The translations under genes were made by a program, and so were the position numbers. Shown here in pieces: positions 38,210-45,815 of a DNA stretch of 49,001 nt; within the stretch, counting starts at the first letter, position 1, and every line of letters begins with the position of its first letter. The stretch is from assembly GCA_046735265.1 (NCBI GenBank), contig JBKPSZ010000011.1:1-49001 (forward strand), in the 5' to 3' direction. Origin of the DNA: Acidobacteriota bacterium (GTDB lineage: Bacteria > Acidobacteriota > Thermoanaerobaculia > UBA5066 > Gp7-AA6). The notes beneath the pieces were generated by a model. It worked only from the letters and a program-made list of their open reading frames with translations. It made no database searches and was not told the DNA's origin.

Positions 38210-38871
38210 CCCCGCATCGCCAGGCGCCGCGCCTCGGAGAGATCGCGCACGAGGCCGGCGCGCAGCTTCTCGCGGCCGGCGTGATCGGGAGCGCGCAGGA
38301 CGGCCGCGGGGTGCAGCGAGCGCAGGACGACCGGACCGTCAGTCTCTTCCCGGCGGCGCAGGGCTTCCGCGGCGGTGGCGCCGAGCGCGACGACGACGCG
38401 TGGCCCGATCGCGTCGAGCTCCGCTTCGAGCCAGGGAAGACACGCGTCGATCTCGGAGATCCGCGGCTTCTTGTGGATCCGGCGCTTGCCCCGCTCCTCG
38501 AATTTGAAGTGCTTGACCGCGTTGGTCACGTAGACCTCTTCGCGCGGGAGGTTCGCCGCCTCCAGCGCGGCGGCGAGCTCCCCGCCCGCCGGACCCACGA
38601 AGGGCCGGCCCTCGCGATCCTCCTTGTCTCCGGGTTGCTCGCCGACGAGGACGACCGAGGCCGACGGCCGGCCCTCGCCGAAGACGGTCTGTGTCGCAGG
38701 CAGGTAGAGGGGGCATCCGCGGCAGGCGCGGGAAGCGCGGGAGAGCTTGCGCAGGTCGCGCGACTCCGGCACGAAGGGGGAGGCGTCGTAACGCGGCGGC
38801 CCCGACCGCGCAGAACTCCCAGGCGCGGAAGCGAGTGCCTTCCTCACTGCCGGCCCAGCCTTCTTCACCAT
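38125..38871 (-). CDS. udgX: UdgX-family uracil-DNA binding protein
   Basis: CRGC, VGEQPGD.ED..GRPFVGPAG, TNAVKHFK, KRRIH signature. Confidence 0.88.
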   Translation of the reverse strand: MVKKAGPAVRKALASAPGSSARSGPPRYDASPFVPESRDLRKLSRASRACRGCPLYLPATQTVFGEGRPSASVVLVGEQPGDKEDREGRPFVGPAGGELAAALEAANLPREEVYVTNAVKHFKFEERGKRRIHKKPRISEIDACLPWLEAELDAIGPRVVVALGATAAEALRRREETDGPVVLRSLHPAAVLRAPDHAGREKLRAGLVRDLSEARRLAMRGQSSSSSGRKSRAVSSRSGSGTSRPGSG

Positions 38872-40070
38872 CGCCCCAGCAGGTGCCGGCCCGCGAGCAG
38901 CCGACCCACCAGCTTCTCGGCGAAATCCCCGATTTTCTTGGGAGCGGCGCCGAGGATTCGGCGGCCCGCGGAGCTCGCCGTGCCCCCCACGTCACGCGCG
39001 TGTTTCTTCGATCCTGCCGACTCGGAACGCGTCCTGCGGATCGCGCTCTCGAGAAGCATCGGCTCGCCTCGCATCCCGACGGCGGCCTGCAGGGCCTGGC
39101 GATAAACCGTCTCCCACTCGTCGTAGTCCACGTCGAGCTCCGCCACCGTTTCGAAGAGCTCGAGGAGGCGCTTCCGAACGGCGGGAGATTGCTTCTCGCC
39201 CGGCGTCGCGCGCGATTCGCCTTCGCCGGGACCATGCTCCTCCCAGAGCTTCCGGATCCTCTCCTCCACCTTTTGCGCTTCGGCCGAAGTGGTCTCGAGG
39301 CCCGGAGTCCGCGGCGCCCTCTCCGCGATGACGGCCTGGACGCGTGCGACCTCGATTTTCTGCCCGCGGACGGTGACTCCCCCCGGATAGAGCGTGATTT
39401 CGAGCTCCCGGCCGCGGAAGACTTCGAGCTTCTCCGGGACCTCGGAGGAAATCGTTTCGCCGCCGAGACCCCGCATCAGCCGGGAGAGGACGCGGGCGTG
39501 CCACGGCGGAATCGACCGCTTCAAGGCGAAGCCCGCCCGTCGCAATGCTTTCAGGAGCTCGTCCGCGATCTCGTGATAGCGGCCGGGCGGGCTGATCAGC
39601 GCGAGATCTCCCTGGTTCCACCCGGCCATGAGCGCGAGGAGCTTGCGCCACGGCACGGCGACGCAGACGATCAGAAACGCGGCCGCGAGCGCCGCCGTGA
39701 TCGAGAAGCCCGCCGCGAGTCGGCGAAGGAGCGGCGGCTTCTTCTTCGATCGGGACCGGTTCCGAAAGACCAGACCGACGCCCATGGGCACCGCGATCGC
39801 CAGCGCGATCCAGATGGCGCGCACGATTTCCTGCGGGGCGCCTTTCGGAATGGGAAGGAGCGCGACGACGAGCGCCATCGGTTTGGGAAAGATCGCTCCG
39901 ACGAGGAGGATCGGCCAGGCGGCGGCCGCCGCGACCGCAGCGGAGAGAAGCGTCTGTTCTTTCCGGCTCACGCGGCCGAAGACCGCCATCACCGACCAGC
40001 CGAAGAGAGCCTCGAGCACCTTGCCGAGCGACTTCTGAAGAAGCGCGATGAGAGCCTGAAGAATCGCCAT
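38865..40070 (-). CDS. Hypothetical membrane protein
   Basis: Several N-terminal TMs plus soluble C-terminal domain. Confidence 0.75.
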   Translation of the reverse strand: MAILQALIALLQKSLGKVLEALFGWSVMAVFGRVSRKEQTLLSAAVAAAAAWPILLVGAIFPKPMALVVALLPIPKGAPQEIVRAIWIALAIAVPMGVGLVFRNRSRSKKKPPLLRRLAAGFSITAALAAAFLIVCVAVPWRKLLALMAGWNQGDLALISPPGRYHEIADELLKALRRAGFALKRSIPPWHARVLSRLMRGLGGETISSEVPEKLEVFRGRELEITLYPGGVTVRGQKIEVARVQAVIAERAPRTPGLETTSAEAQKVEERIRKLWEEHGPGEGESRATPGEKQSPAVRKRLLELFETVAELDVDYDEWETVYRQALQAAVGMRGEPMLLESAIRRTRSESAGSKKHARDVGGTASSAGRRILGAAPKKIGDFAEKLVGRLLAGRHLLGRW

Positions 40071-40082
40071 GCCCCGGTCTGG

Positions 40083-40098
40083 AGCAAAGGCCGCGCCG
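40083..40098 (-). promoter_or_regulatory. sigma-54 promoter
   Basis: CGGCGCGGCCTTTGCT. Confidence 0.65.
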
Positions 40099-40108
40099 GG
40101 CCGGAGGC

Positions 40109-40124
40109 TGGCACACCCCTTGCG
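40109..40124 (+). promoter_or_regulatory. sigma-54 promoter
   Basis: TGGCACACCCCTTGCG. Confidence 0.78.
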
Positions 40125-40137
40125 ACCAGAAATCTCC

Positions 40138-41850
40138 ATGTCGGCGGCCCGAAACACCGCGGGCCGGGCATGGCGACGTGTCTTCGCGCGGGGCCGCACC
40201 TCGCGCCGATTCGCGATCGCCGGCGCCTCGGTCCTCGCCCTCGTCCTCCTGGCCGGGGTCGCTTCCGTTCTCCTGGACGCGCCGGTCCGGCGCAGCATGG
40301 AACGCGAGGTGAACCGGCGCCTCCAGGGCTATTCCGTTCGAATCGGGAAGCTCGACCTGCAGCTCTACCGGCTCGCCGTGGATCTTCGGGACGTCACGAT
40401 TCGACAGGAATCGAATCCCGAGCCGCCGATGGCGAGTCTCCCGCGCCTGCACGCGAGTATCGAGTGGCGCGCTCTCCTGCGCGGCCGCCTCGTGGCCGAT
40501 TTCCTCTTTCAGAAGACGCAGCTCTACGTGAACCTGACTCAGGCGAAGAGCGAGGCGAAGAGCCCGACGCGTCTGAAGGACAAAGGCTGGCAGGAGGCGG
40601 CGCTCGCGATTTTTCCCCTGAAGATCAACACGCTCCGCGTCGAGGACGGACGCGTCACCTACATCGACACGGACCCCGCGCATCCGATCCAGCTCTCGCA
40701 TCTCGACTTCGAGGCGAAGGACATCCGGAACGTGCGGTCCCAGCCGCACGCGTATCCGTCTCCCGTCCGCGCGACCGCCGTCGTCTTCGACTCCGGCCGC
40801 GCGTCGATCGAGGGGCACGCGGACTTTCTCTCGGAGCCCTTCCCCGGGATCCACGTTCGCTTCTCGCTTCGCGAGATCCCGCTTCAGCAGCTCCAGCCCG
40901 TCTCCCACCACGCGAACCTCTCGGTTCGCGGCGGGACCCTGTCCGCGCAGGGAGAGACCGAGCTCGCGCCGGGAGTCCGACTGGCGTCGATCTCGGATCT
41001 CGCGATTTCGGGTTTGAAGGTCGACTACGTGCGCGCGGCCGCGCCGAAACAGGCGTCCGCCGGCGGCGCGGCGAAGGCCAGCGCGAAATCGCCGCCGACG
41101 AGCGGAGGCGTGCCCGGAAAGGATCGGCTCGCATTGCGCGTCGACGGCCTCCGGATCACTGACAGCGAGTTCGGTCTCGAGGATCGGACGAAGGATCCGC
41201 CGTATCGCGTTTACATCGACCAGGCGGAATTCCGGCTCGACGGCTACGGCCGCCTCGACTCTCCCGCGCCCGCGAACGCCGTCCTGACGGGTCGCTTCCA
41301 GGGAAGCGGCCCGGCGCGGGCGACGCTCAAAATGGCACCGGACCGGGGGAAAGGGCCCGACTTCGATCTCGCCGTGCGCATCGACAACACCGACATGACG
41401 AAGATGAATCGCCTCCTCGACGCCTACGGGAACTTCGACGTGACGGAAGGCCGCTTCTCGCTCTACTCCGAGATTTCCGTCCGCGACGGAATGGTGCGCG
41501 GTTACGTCAAGCCGCTCTTTCGCGACATGAAGGTCTACGACCCGCAGCAGGACAAGAAGAAGGGCTTCTTCCGCGAGGTCTACGAGGGTCTCGTCGGAGT
41601 CGTCACGAAGCTCCTCGAAAACAAGCGCGACGAGGTGGCGACGGTCGCGGAGTTGAGCGGTCCGATCGCGAAACCCGGTTCGAACACGCTTCAGGTGATC
41701 GGAGGTCTCGTCCAGAACGCCTTCTTCAAGGCGATTCTGCCGGGGCTCGAGAGGGACATCGCGCGGATGCCGAAGAAGACAGCGGCAATCCCGGAACCCG
41801 CGGATCGCCGGGCGGCCGCCCCCGCCTCCCTCGCTCAGTCGAGCTGGTAA
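40138..41850 (+). CDS. DUF748/AsmA-like protein
   Basis: N-terminal TM; AYGNFDV..G.FSLYSE...GYVKPLF, NAFFKAILPG. Confidence 0.82.
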   Translation: MSAARNTAGRAWRRVFARGRTSRRFAIAGASVLALVLLAGVASVLLDAPVRRSMEREVNRRLQGYSVRIGKLDLQLYRLAVDLRDVTIRQESNPEPPMASLPRLHASIEWRALLRGRLVADFLFQKTQLYVNLTQAKSEAKSPTRLKDKGWQEAALAIFPLKINTLRVEDGRVTYIDTDPAHPIQLSHLDFEAKDIRNVRSQPHAYPSPVRATAVVFDSGRASIEGHADFLSEPFPGIHVRFSLREIPLQQLQPVSHHANLSVRGGTLSAQGETELAPGVRLASISDLAISGLKVDYVRAAAPKQASAGGAAKASAKSPPTSGGVPGKDRLALRVDGLRITDSEFGLEDRTKDPPYRVYIDQAEFRLDGYGRLDSPAPANAVLTGRFQGSGPARATLKMAPDRGKGPDFDLAVRIDNTDMTKMNRLLDAYGNFDVTEGRFSLYSEISVRDGMVRGYVKPLFRDMKVYDPQQDKKKGFFREVYEGLVGVVTKLLENKRDEVATVAELSGPIAKPGSNTLQVIGGLVQNAFFKAILPGLERDIARMPKKTAAIPEPADRRAAAPASLAQSSW

Positions 41851-42008
41851 TACCGGCCGGGAAGGAGAATCTCGGGCCGCGGCGCCGGGGTCCGGCTCGC
41901 CGGCGAGTCTTCGGTGTCGTCGAGGTCATCGGCGTCGTCGATCCAGCCGATCTCCGGCCGGACGTCCGTTTCCGGATCCGCAACGCGGTCGCCCACTTCG
42001 TACTTCAT
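41835..42008 (-). CDS. Small acidic hypothetical protein (57 aa)
   Basis: MKYEVGDRVADPETD... with GGAGG RBS (manual translation). Confidence 0.5.
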   Translation of the reverse strand: MKYEVGDRVADPETDVRPEIGWIDDADDLDDTEDSPASRTPAPRPEILLPGRYYQLD

Positions 42009-42026
42009 CGTTTCCTCCGGATCCTT

Positions 42027-42062
42027 TCTTCCAGGCCGACCGCCTCTTCCAGGCCGACCGCC
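42027..42062. repeat. 18-bp perfect tandem duplication
   Basis: TCTTCCAGGCCGACCGCC x2. Confidence 0.9.
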
Positions 42063-42068
42063 GGCGCA

Positions 42069-42347
42069 CTACGAGCGCCGGTCGTGGCCCGCGACTTTCA
42101 CGAGCTTGTTGTAGAGACCGAAGATCAAAAGAGTCGGCACCCACTGGCCGAAGAAGTTCGACAGAGTCGCGAGCCTTCGGCTGCGGGTCGCCTGTAGCCC
42201 GAGCGACGCGACCATCGAAGCGAGCGCTCCCCACAGCCAGACGTCGGACGGAAGCTTCGCAGTCTGGCGCTCGATCTCGCGCGCGACGGGGCCTTCGCGC
42301 ACGTCCTTATCCGACGAGACGGTGGATTCGACTTCTTGTGATTCCAT
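42069..42347 (-). CDS. Small membrane protein
   Basis: EGPVAREIERQTAKLPSD.WLW...FFGQWVPTLLIFGLYNKLVK; AGGAG RBS. Confidence 0.82.
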   Translation of the reverse strand: MESQEVESTVSSDKDVREGPVAREIERQTAKLPSDVWLWGALASMVASLGLQATRSRRLATLSNFFGQWVPTLLIFGLYNKLVKVAGHDRRS

Positions 42348-42405
42348 GAGAGGTCTCCTGTGGGTTTGTGGTCCTATGCGCCATCCTGCGTCCGGTCGAA
42401 GCTCT

Positions 42406-42421
42406 TGCACCTCACATGCCA
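42406..42421 (-). promoter_or_regulatory. sigma-54 promoter
   Basis: TGGCATGTGAGGTGCA. Confidence 0.65.
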
Positions 42422-42432
42422 CGGCCGTTCGG

Positions 42433-42448
42433 CGGCACGTCGGTTGCA
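42433..42448 (+). promoter_or_regulatory. sigma-54 promoter
   Basis: CGGCACGTCGGTTGCA. Confidence 0.78.
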
Positions 42449-42493
42449 GATTTCGAGCCGAAAGGACGAGGGTCTGACCACCGGAGGATTTTC

Positions 42494-42736
42494 ATGACCG
42501 ACATGCGCTGCGAAGTCTGCGGAAATTCCTATGACAAGGCGTTCGAGCTGCGGGTCGCCGGCGCGGTTCACGTGTTCGATTCGTTCGAGTGCGCGATACA
42601 CGCGCTCGCGCCCACCTGTAAACATTGCGGCTGCCGGATCCTGGGACACGGGATCGAGAGCGCCGGGGTCTTCTTCTGCTGCGCGAGCTGCGCGCGGATG
42701 GACGGGACGCCCGGCGCCCGCGACCGGCTGGCTTGA
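42494..42736 (+). CDS. Cys-rich metal-binding (metallothionein/TRASH-like) protein
   Basis: CEVCGN.YDKAF, FDSFECAIH, CKHCGCRILGHG, FCCASC. Confidence 0.85.
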   Translation: MTDMRCEVCGNSYDKAFELRVAGAVHVFDSFECAIHALAPTCKHCGCRILGHGIESAGVFFCCASCARMDGTPGARDRLA

Positions 42737-42820
42737 AAGAGCTTCGGGCCGGAAGCCGCCCCTCCGAAGAGAAGCAAGGAAGCGACTGACCGGCCCGTCT
42801 CCCTCACGCGCGACCCGCGT

Positions 42821-43102
42821 TTAGGTTCCTTCGTCCTCGTCTTCTCCGGTTCCGCGCTTCCCGCTTTGACCGGGCCGTCCGCTCTGCCCCGACGACTCCT
42901 TCTTGCCGGTGAATTGCCCCTGCTCGTCGCGCGGCTGGTCGGCGCTTCCCTGGCCGCCGCGGCCTTGCGTCGAACGGCTGCGCCCGGATTCGCTCGAATC
43001 TTTGTCGCCCGGCCGGCTCGATCCACTCTGACCGGTCCGTCCACCCTGTCCGCTCCGTCCGCCTCGTCCGCCCTGTCCCGAACGATTGTCTTTCTCTGGC
43101 AT
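42821..43102 (-). CDS. Gly/Ser/Arg-rich hydrophilin-like protein
   Basis: Repeated SGQGGR, RDEQGQF; AGGAGG RBS. Confidence 0.78.
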   Translation of the reverse strand: MPEKDNRSGQGGRGGRSGQGGRTGQSGSSRPGDKDSSESGRSRSTQGRGGQGSADQPRDEQGQFTGKKESSGQSGRPGQSGKRGTGEDEDEGT

Positions 43103-43132
43103 TGTGACGATCCTCCTGGACCATTTCGAACC

Positions 43133-43148
43133 TACAAGAAACATGCCT
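43133..43148 (-). promoter_or_regulatory. sigma-54-like promoter (variant -12)
   Basis: AGGCATGTTTCTTGTA. Confidence 0.5.
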
Positions 43149-43219
43149 CGGCGCGAAGATTGGACGCGAGATCGCGCGCGGCGCGCCCTGCGTGGCGAAA
43201 AAAATTTCTTGATCACGTC

Positions 43220-43235
43220 TGGCACGCATCCTGCT
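43220..43235 (+). promoter_or_regulatory. sigma-54 promoter
   Basis: TGGCACGCATCCTGCT. Confidence 0.78.
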
Positions 43236-43263
43236 CCGCGCGATTGGCTGGAGGAACCCAACC

Positions 43264-43887
43264 ATGAAGGAATCCCAGGTCGAAAATCTCTTGTACGAGG
43301 CGCTCGAAACCGAGATGGGGGGCGTTCAGGTCTACACGAACGCGGTCGAGTGCGCCCAGAACGAGGATCTGAAGAAGGAGTGGGAGGAGTATCTCGAGCA
43401 GACGCAGCGTCACGAGGAGATCCTGCGCGAAGTCTTCGACAAGCTCGGGCTCGATCCCGAGAAGGAGACGCCCGGACGCCGGATCGTGCGTCACCAGGGG
43501 GAGTCGCTCGTCGAAGCCATCCAGATGGCCCGCAAGGGCGGCGAACCCGAGGCGGCCCAGATCGTGGCCGCCGAGTGCGTCGTTCTCGCCGAAACGAAGG
43601 ACCATCAGAACTGGGAGCTGATCGGCGAGGTGTCGAAGAAGGCCACGGGAGAGACCAAGAAGGTCCTGTCGGAGGCGCACGACGAGGTCGAGGACGAGGA
43701 GGACGAGCACCTGTACCACACGATGGGATGGTCCCGGGAGCTCTGGATGGATTCGCTGGGGCTCCCCGCCGTGCTTCCGCCTCCGGAAGAGGAGAAGGAC
43801 GTCAAGACGGCGATCGGAGCGGCCCGCGCCAAGCAGTCGCGCAAGGAGATGCTCCGGGGCGGCAAGTCCGACCGGCGCTCTGCCTGA
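43264..43887 (+). CDS. Ferritin-like (DUF892-like) protein
   Basis: LYEALETEMGG..VY, QTQRH, AETKDH.NW, EDEEDEHLYH. Confidence 0.85.
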   Translation: MKESQVENLLYEALETEMGGVQVYTNAVECAQNEDLKKEWEEYLEQTQRHEEILREVFDKLGLDPEKETPGRRIVRHQGESLVEAIQMARKGGEPEAAQIVAAECVVLAETKDHQNWELIGEVSKKATGETKKVLSEAHDEVEDEEDEHLYHTMGWSRELWMDSLGLPAVLPPPEEEKDVKTAIGAARAKQSRKEMLRGGKSDRRSA

Positions 43888-43945
43888 CGACGTCTGCGGG
43901 ATCACGCTCCGGCGGAGAAGGCCGCCGGGCCCTCACCGCGCGACC

Positions 43946-43961
43946 GGGTACGCGAGTTGCA
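43946..43961 (+). promoter_or_regulatory. sigma-54 promoter with no downstream CDS
   Basis: GGGTACGCGAGTTGCA. Confidence 0.65.
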
Positions 43962-43971
43962 TTGTGAGGAG

Positions 43972-44036
43972 ACGGGTTACTAAGAGTTTTCGGAAGGCCG
44001 CGAGTCCGACGGGGGCGTTAGCGGCCGTTCTTTTTT
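43972..44036 (+). ncRNA. Candidate sigma-54-dependent sRNA 2
   Basis: Promoter, then AU-rich stretch, then GGCCGC/GCGGCC stem and T6. Confidence 0.42.
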
Positions 44037-44074
44037 CTACGAGGCTTTCGAGAGGCACCGGCTCGATCGGAGCG

Positions 44075-45079
44075 TCACAGGAATTTCTCGAGCCGAAGGC
44101 GGCCCCGCTGCGCCAGGAGCCCTTTCCAGAGATCCCCCTTTCGCTTCAACCTCGCCGGCGCGTTGTCCATCCGGAAGTCGGCCAGCTCGACGCCCTTCGA
44201 GATCTCCGCCCACGTCACGGGCATCGAGACCGTCGCGCGGGGCCGCGGGCGGACCGAGTAGATCGACGCGAGCGTCCTCCCCCAGGCGTTCTGGTTGTAG
44301 TCCACGAGAACGCGCCCGTGCGGCCGGTCGGCCACGACGTAGACCGCCGTGACGAGCTTCGGGTCGCGCGTCTCCATCACGCGCGCGACCTCCTTGGCGA
44401 ACGTCCAGACCTGCTTCTGCGTCGGGCCCCGGACGATCGGGACGTAGACGTGGATTCCGCGCGAGCCGGTCGTTTTCGCGAAGCTCGGGATCTTCAGGTG
44501 GTCGAGCGTGTCCTTGAGCAGGAGGGCGGTGTCGAGGACCTTCCGCCACGTCGCGCCCGGCACCGGGTCGAGGTCGAAGTGCAGATAGTCGGGGCGGTCC
44601 ACGTCGTCGCAGCGCGCGTACCACTGATTGAGGTCGATGCACCCCAGGTTGACGACCCAGAGGAGCGCCGGCAGGTCCTGGATCATCGGGAAGTCGATCA
44701 CGTTGCCCGAGGAGTGCGCGATCGAGCAGGTCTCGATCCAGTCGGGACGCGGCGACGGCGCGCGCTTCATGAAGAAAAACTCCCCGTCCGCGCCGTGCGG
44801 GTAGCGCTTCATCACCATGGCGCGGTCCTTCAGGTGCGGGAGCAGATACGTCGAGACGTCGGCGTAGTACTGGAGAAGGTCCCCTTTCGTCCGGCCGAGT
44901 TCGCGCCAGAAGACCTTGTTCAGGTTCGTCAGCTGGACGATCCGGCCGCCGAAGTCGAGCGCGACGTCGTTCGACTCGCGCGGGATCACGAGACGGCCGG
45001 GGAAGTCCAGCGCCGCCTTTGCCCGCGGGCGTGGGCTGCGTCGGGACGGATGGTGATCGCGCGTGGCCCGGGGCGTCAC
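44075..45079 (-). CDS. ligD: LigD-type primase-polymerase domain protein (POL only)
   Basis: TNLNKVFW, TKGDL..YY, RYPHG, PDYLHFDLDP, KTTGSRGIH, VDYNQN, YSVR; no ligase domain. Confidence 0.88.
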   Translation of the reverse strand: MTPRATRDHHPSRRSPRPRAKAALDFPGRLVIPRESNDVALDFGGRIVQLTNLNKVFWRELGRTKGDLLQYYADVSTYLLPHLKDRAMVMKRYPHGADGEFFFMKRAPSPRPDWIETCSIAHSSGNVIDFPMIQDLPALLWVVNLGCIDLNQWYARCDDVDRPDYLHFDLDPVPGATWRKVLDTALLLKDTLDHLKIPSFAKTTGSRGIHVYVPIVRGPTQKQVWTFAKEVARVMETRDPKLVTAVYVVADRPHGRVLVDYNQNAWGRTLASIYSVRPRPRATVSMPVTWAEISKGVELADFRMDNAPARLKRKGDLWKGLLAQRGRLRLEKFL

Positions 45080-45711
45080 GTCGTCAACCGCTCGCCGGAG
45101 CGGGGCAATCGCGGGAGCCGCGGCGGCCGAGGACCGTGGCGGACGGCGCCCGCGATCGGGGCGTAGTCGAGCTCCTTGCCCTCCCGCGCTCCGCGCAGAA
45201 GGAGTCCTCCGCGGCTCATGTCTCCCCTTCCCACGAAGGACGGCGGAAAGAGAAGCCGCGCGCCGAAGATCCCGAGGAGGAGGTCCACGTACTTGCCCGT
45301 CGCGACGCTCCCGAGCAGAACGACTTCCGCCTCCGGCCCCGCGATCCGCCGCAGGCGCCGCGCGTCGCGCTCGAGCGGTTTCCGGTAACGCGGATTGTCC
45401 TGGTGAATGTCGACTTCGGCGAATCGCCGGAGATCCTGGAGTCGGACCGGCGCGTCCGCCGGCACGAGCCCGTGCGTCGGCGTGATCACGAGCGCTCCCG
45501 GCAGGTCTCCCGACGGCCGCGCGAACCGAGTCGCGTAGAGGAGCTTTCCGCGGAAGTAGAGTCCCGACAAAAAGGCAAAGACGTCGCCCAGCGGCGCGCC
45601 GCCCTCCCGGAGCCGGAGCGCGAGGTCGAAGCGGGCTTCCTCGCGGAGGAGCAGACGCGCCCGCAAACCCGCGCAACTGGCGGGTGAGAGAAGAAAGAAC
45701 CGCGGTGTCAT
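45076..45711 (-). CDS. Hypothetical protein, weakly YaaA/DUF328-like
   Basis: FLLSPA, SGLYFRGK, LVITPTHGLVP, GRGDMSRGGLLLR; GTGA overlap with ligD-POL. Confidence 0.75.
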   Translation of the reverse strand: MTPRFFLLSPASCAGLRARLLLREEARFDLALRLREGGAPLGDVFAFLSGLYFRGKLLYATRFARPSGDLPGALVITPTHGLVPADAPVRLQDLRRFAEVDIHQDNPRYRKPLERDARRLRRIAGPEAEVVLLGSVATGKYVDLLLGIFGARLLFPPSFVGRGDMSRGGLLLRGAREGKELDYAPIAGAVRHGPRPPRLPRLPRSGERLTT

Positions 45712-45785
45712 GTGCGGAGAATATGCAAAGAGGGCACTCCTCCGGCGCGGCCCTTCGACGGATTGGGGACATATACTCCCCGCTC

Positions 45786-45801
45786 TGGCCCGTGTTTCGC
45801 A
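45786..45801 (+). promoter_or_regulatory. sigma-54 promoter (CheB/CheR kinase)
   Basis: TGGCCCGTGTTTCGCA. Confidence 0.65.
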
Positions 45802-45815
45802 GCGGGTAAGAAGGA

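Noticed and set aside
45724-45739. GAGTGCCCTCTTTGCA on minus, upstream of the ligD-POL operon
   Set aside because: Good -12 and position, but lacks the -24 GG
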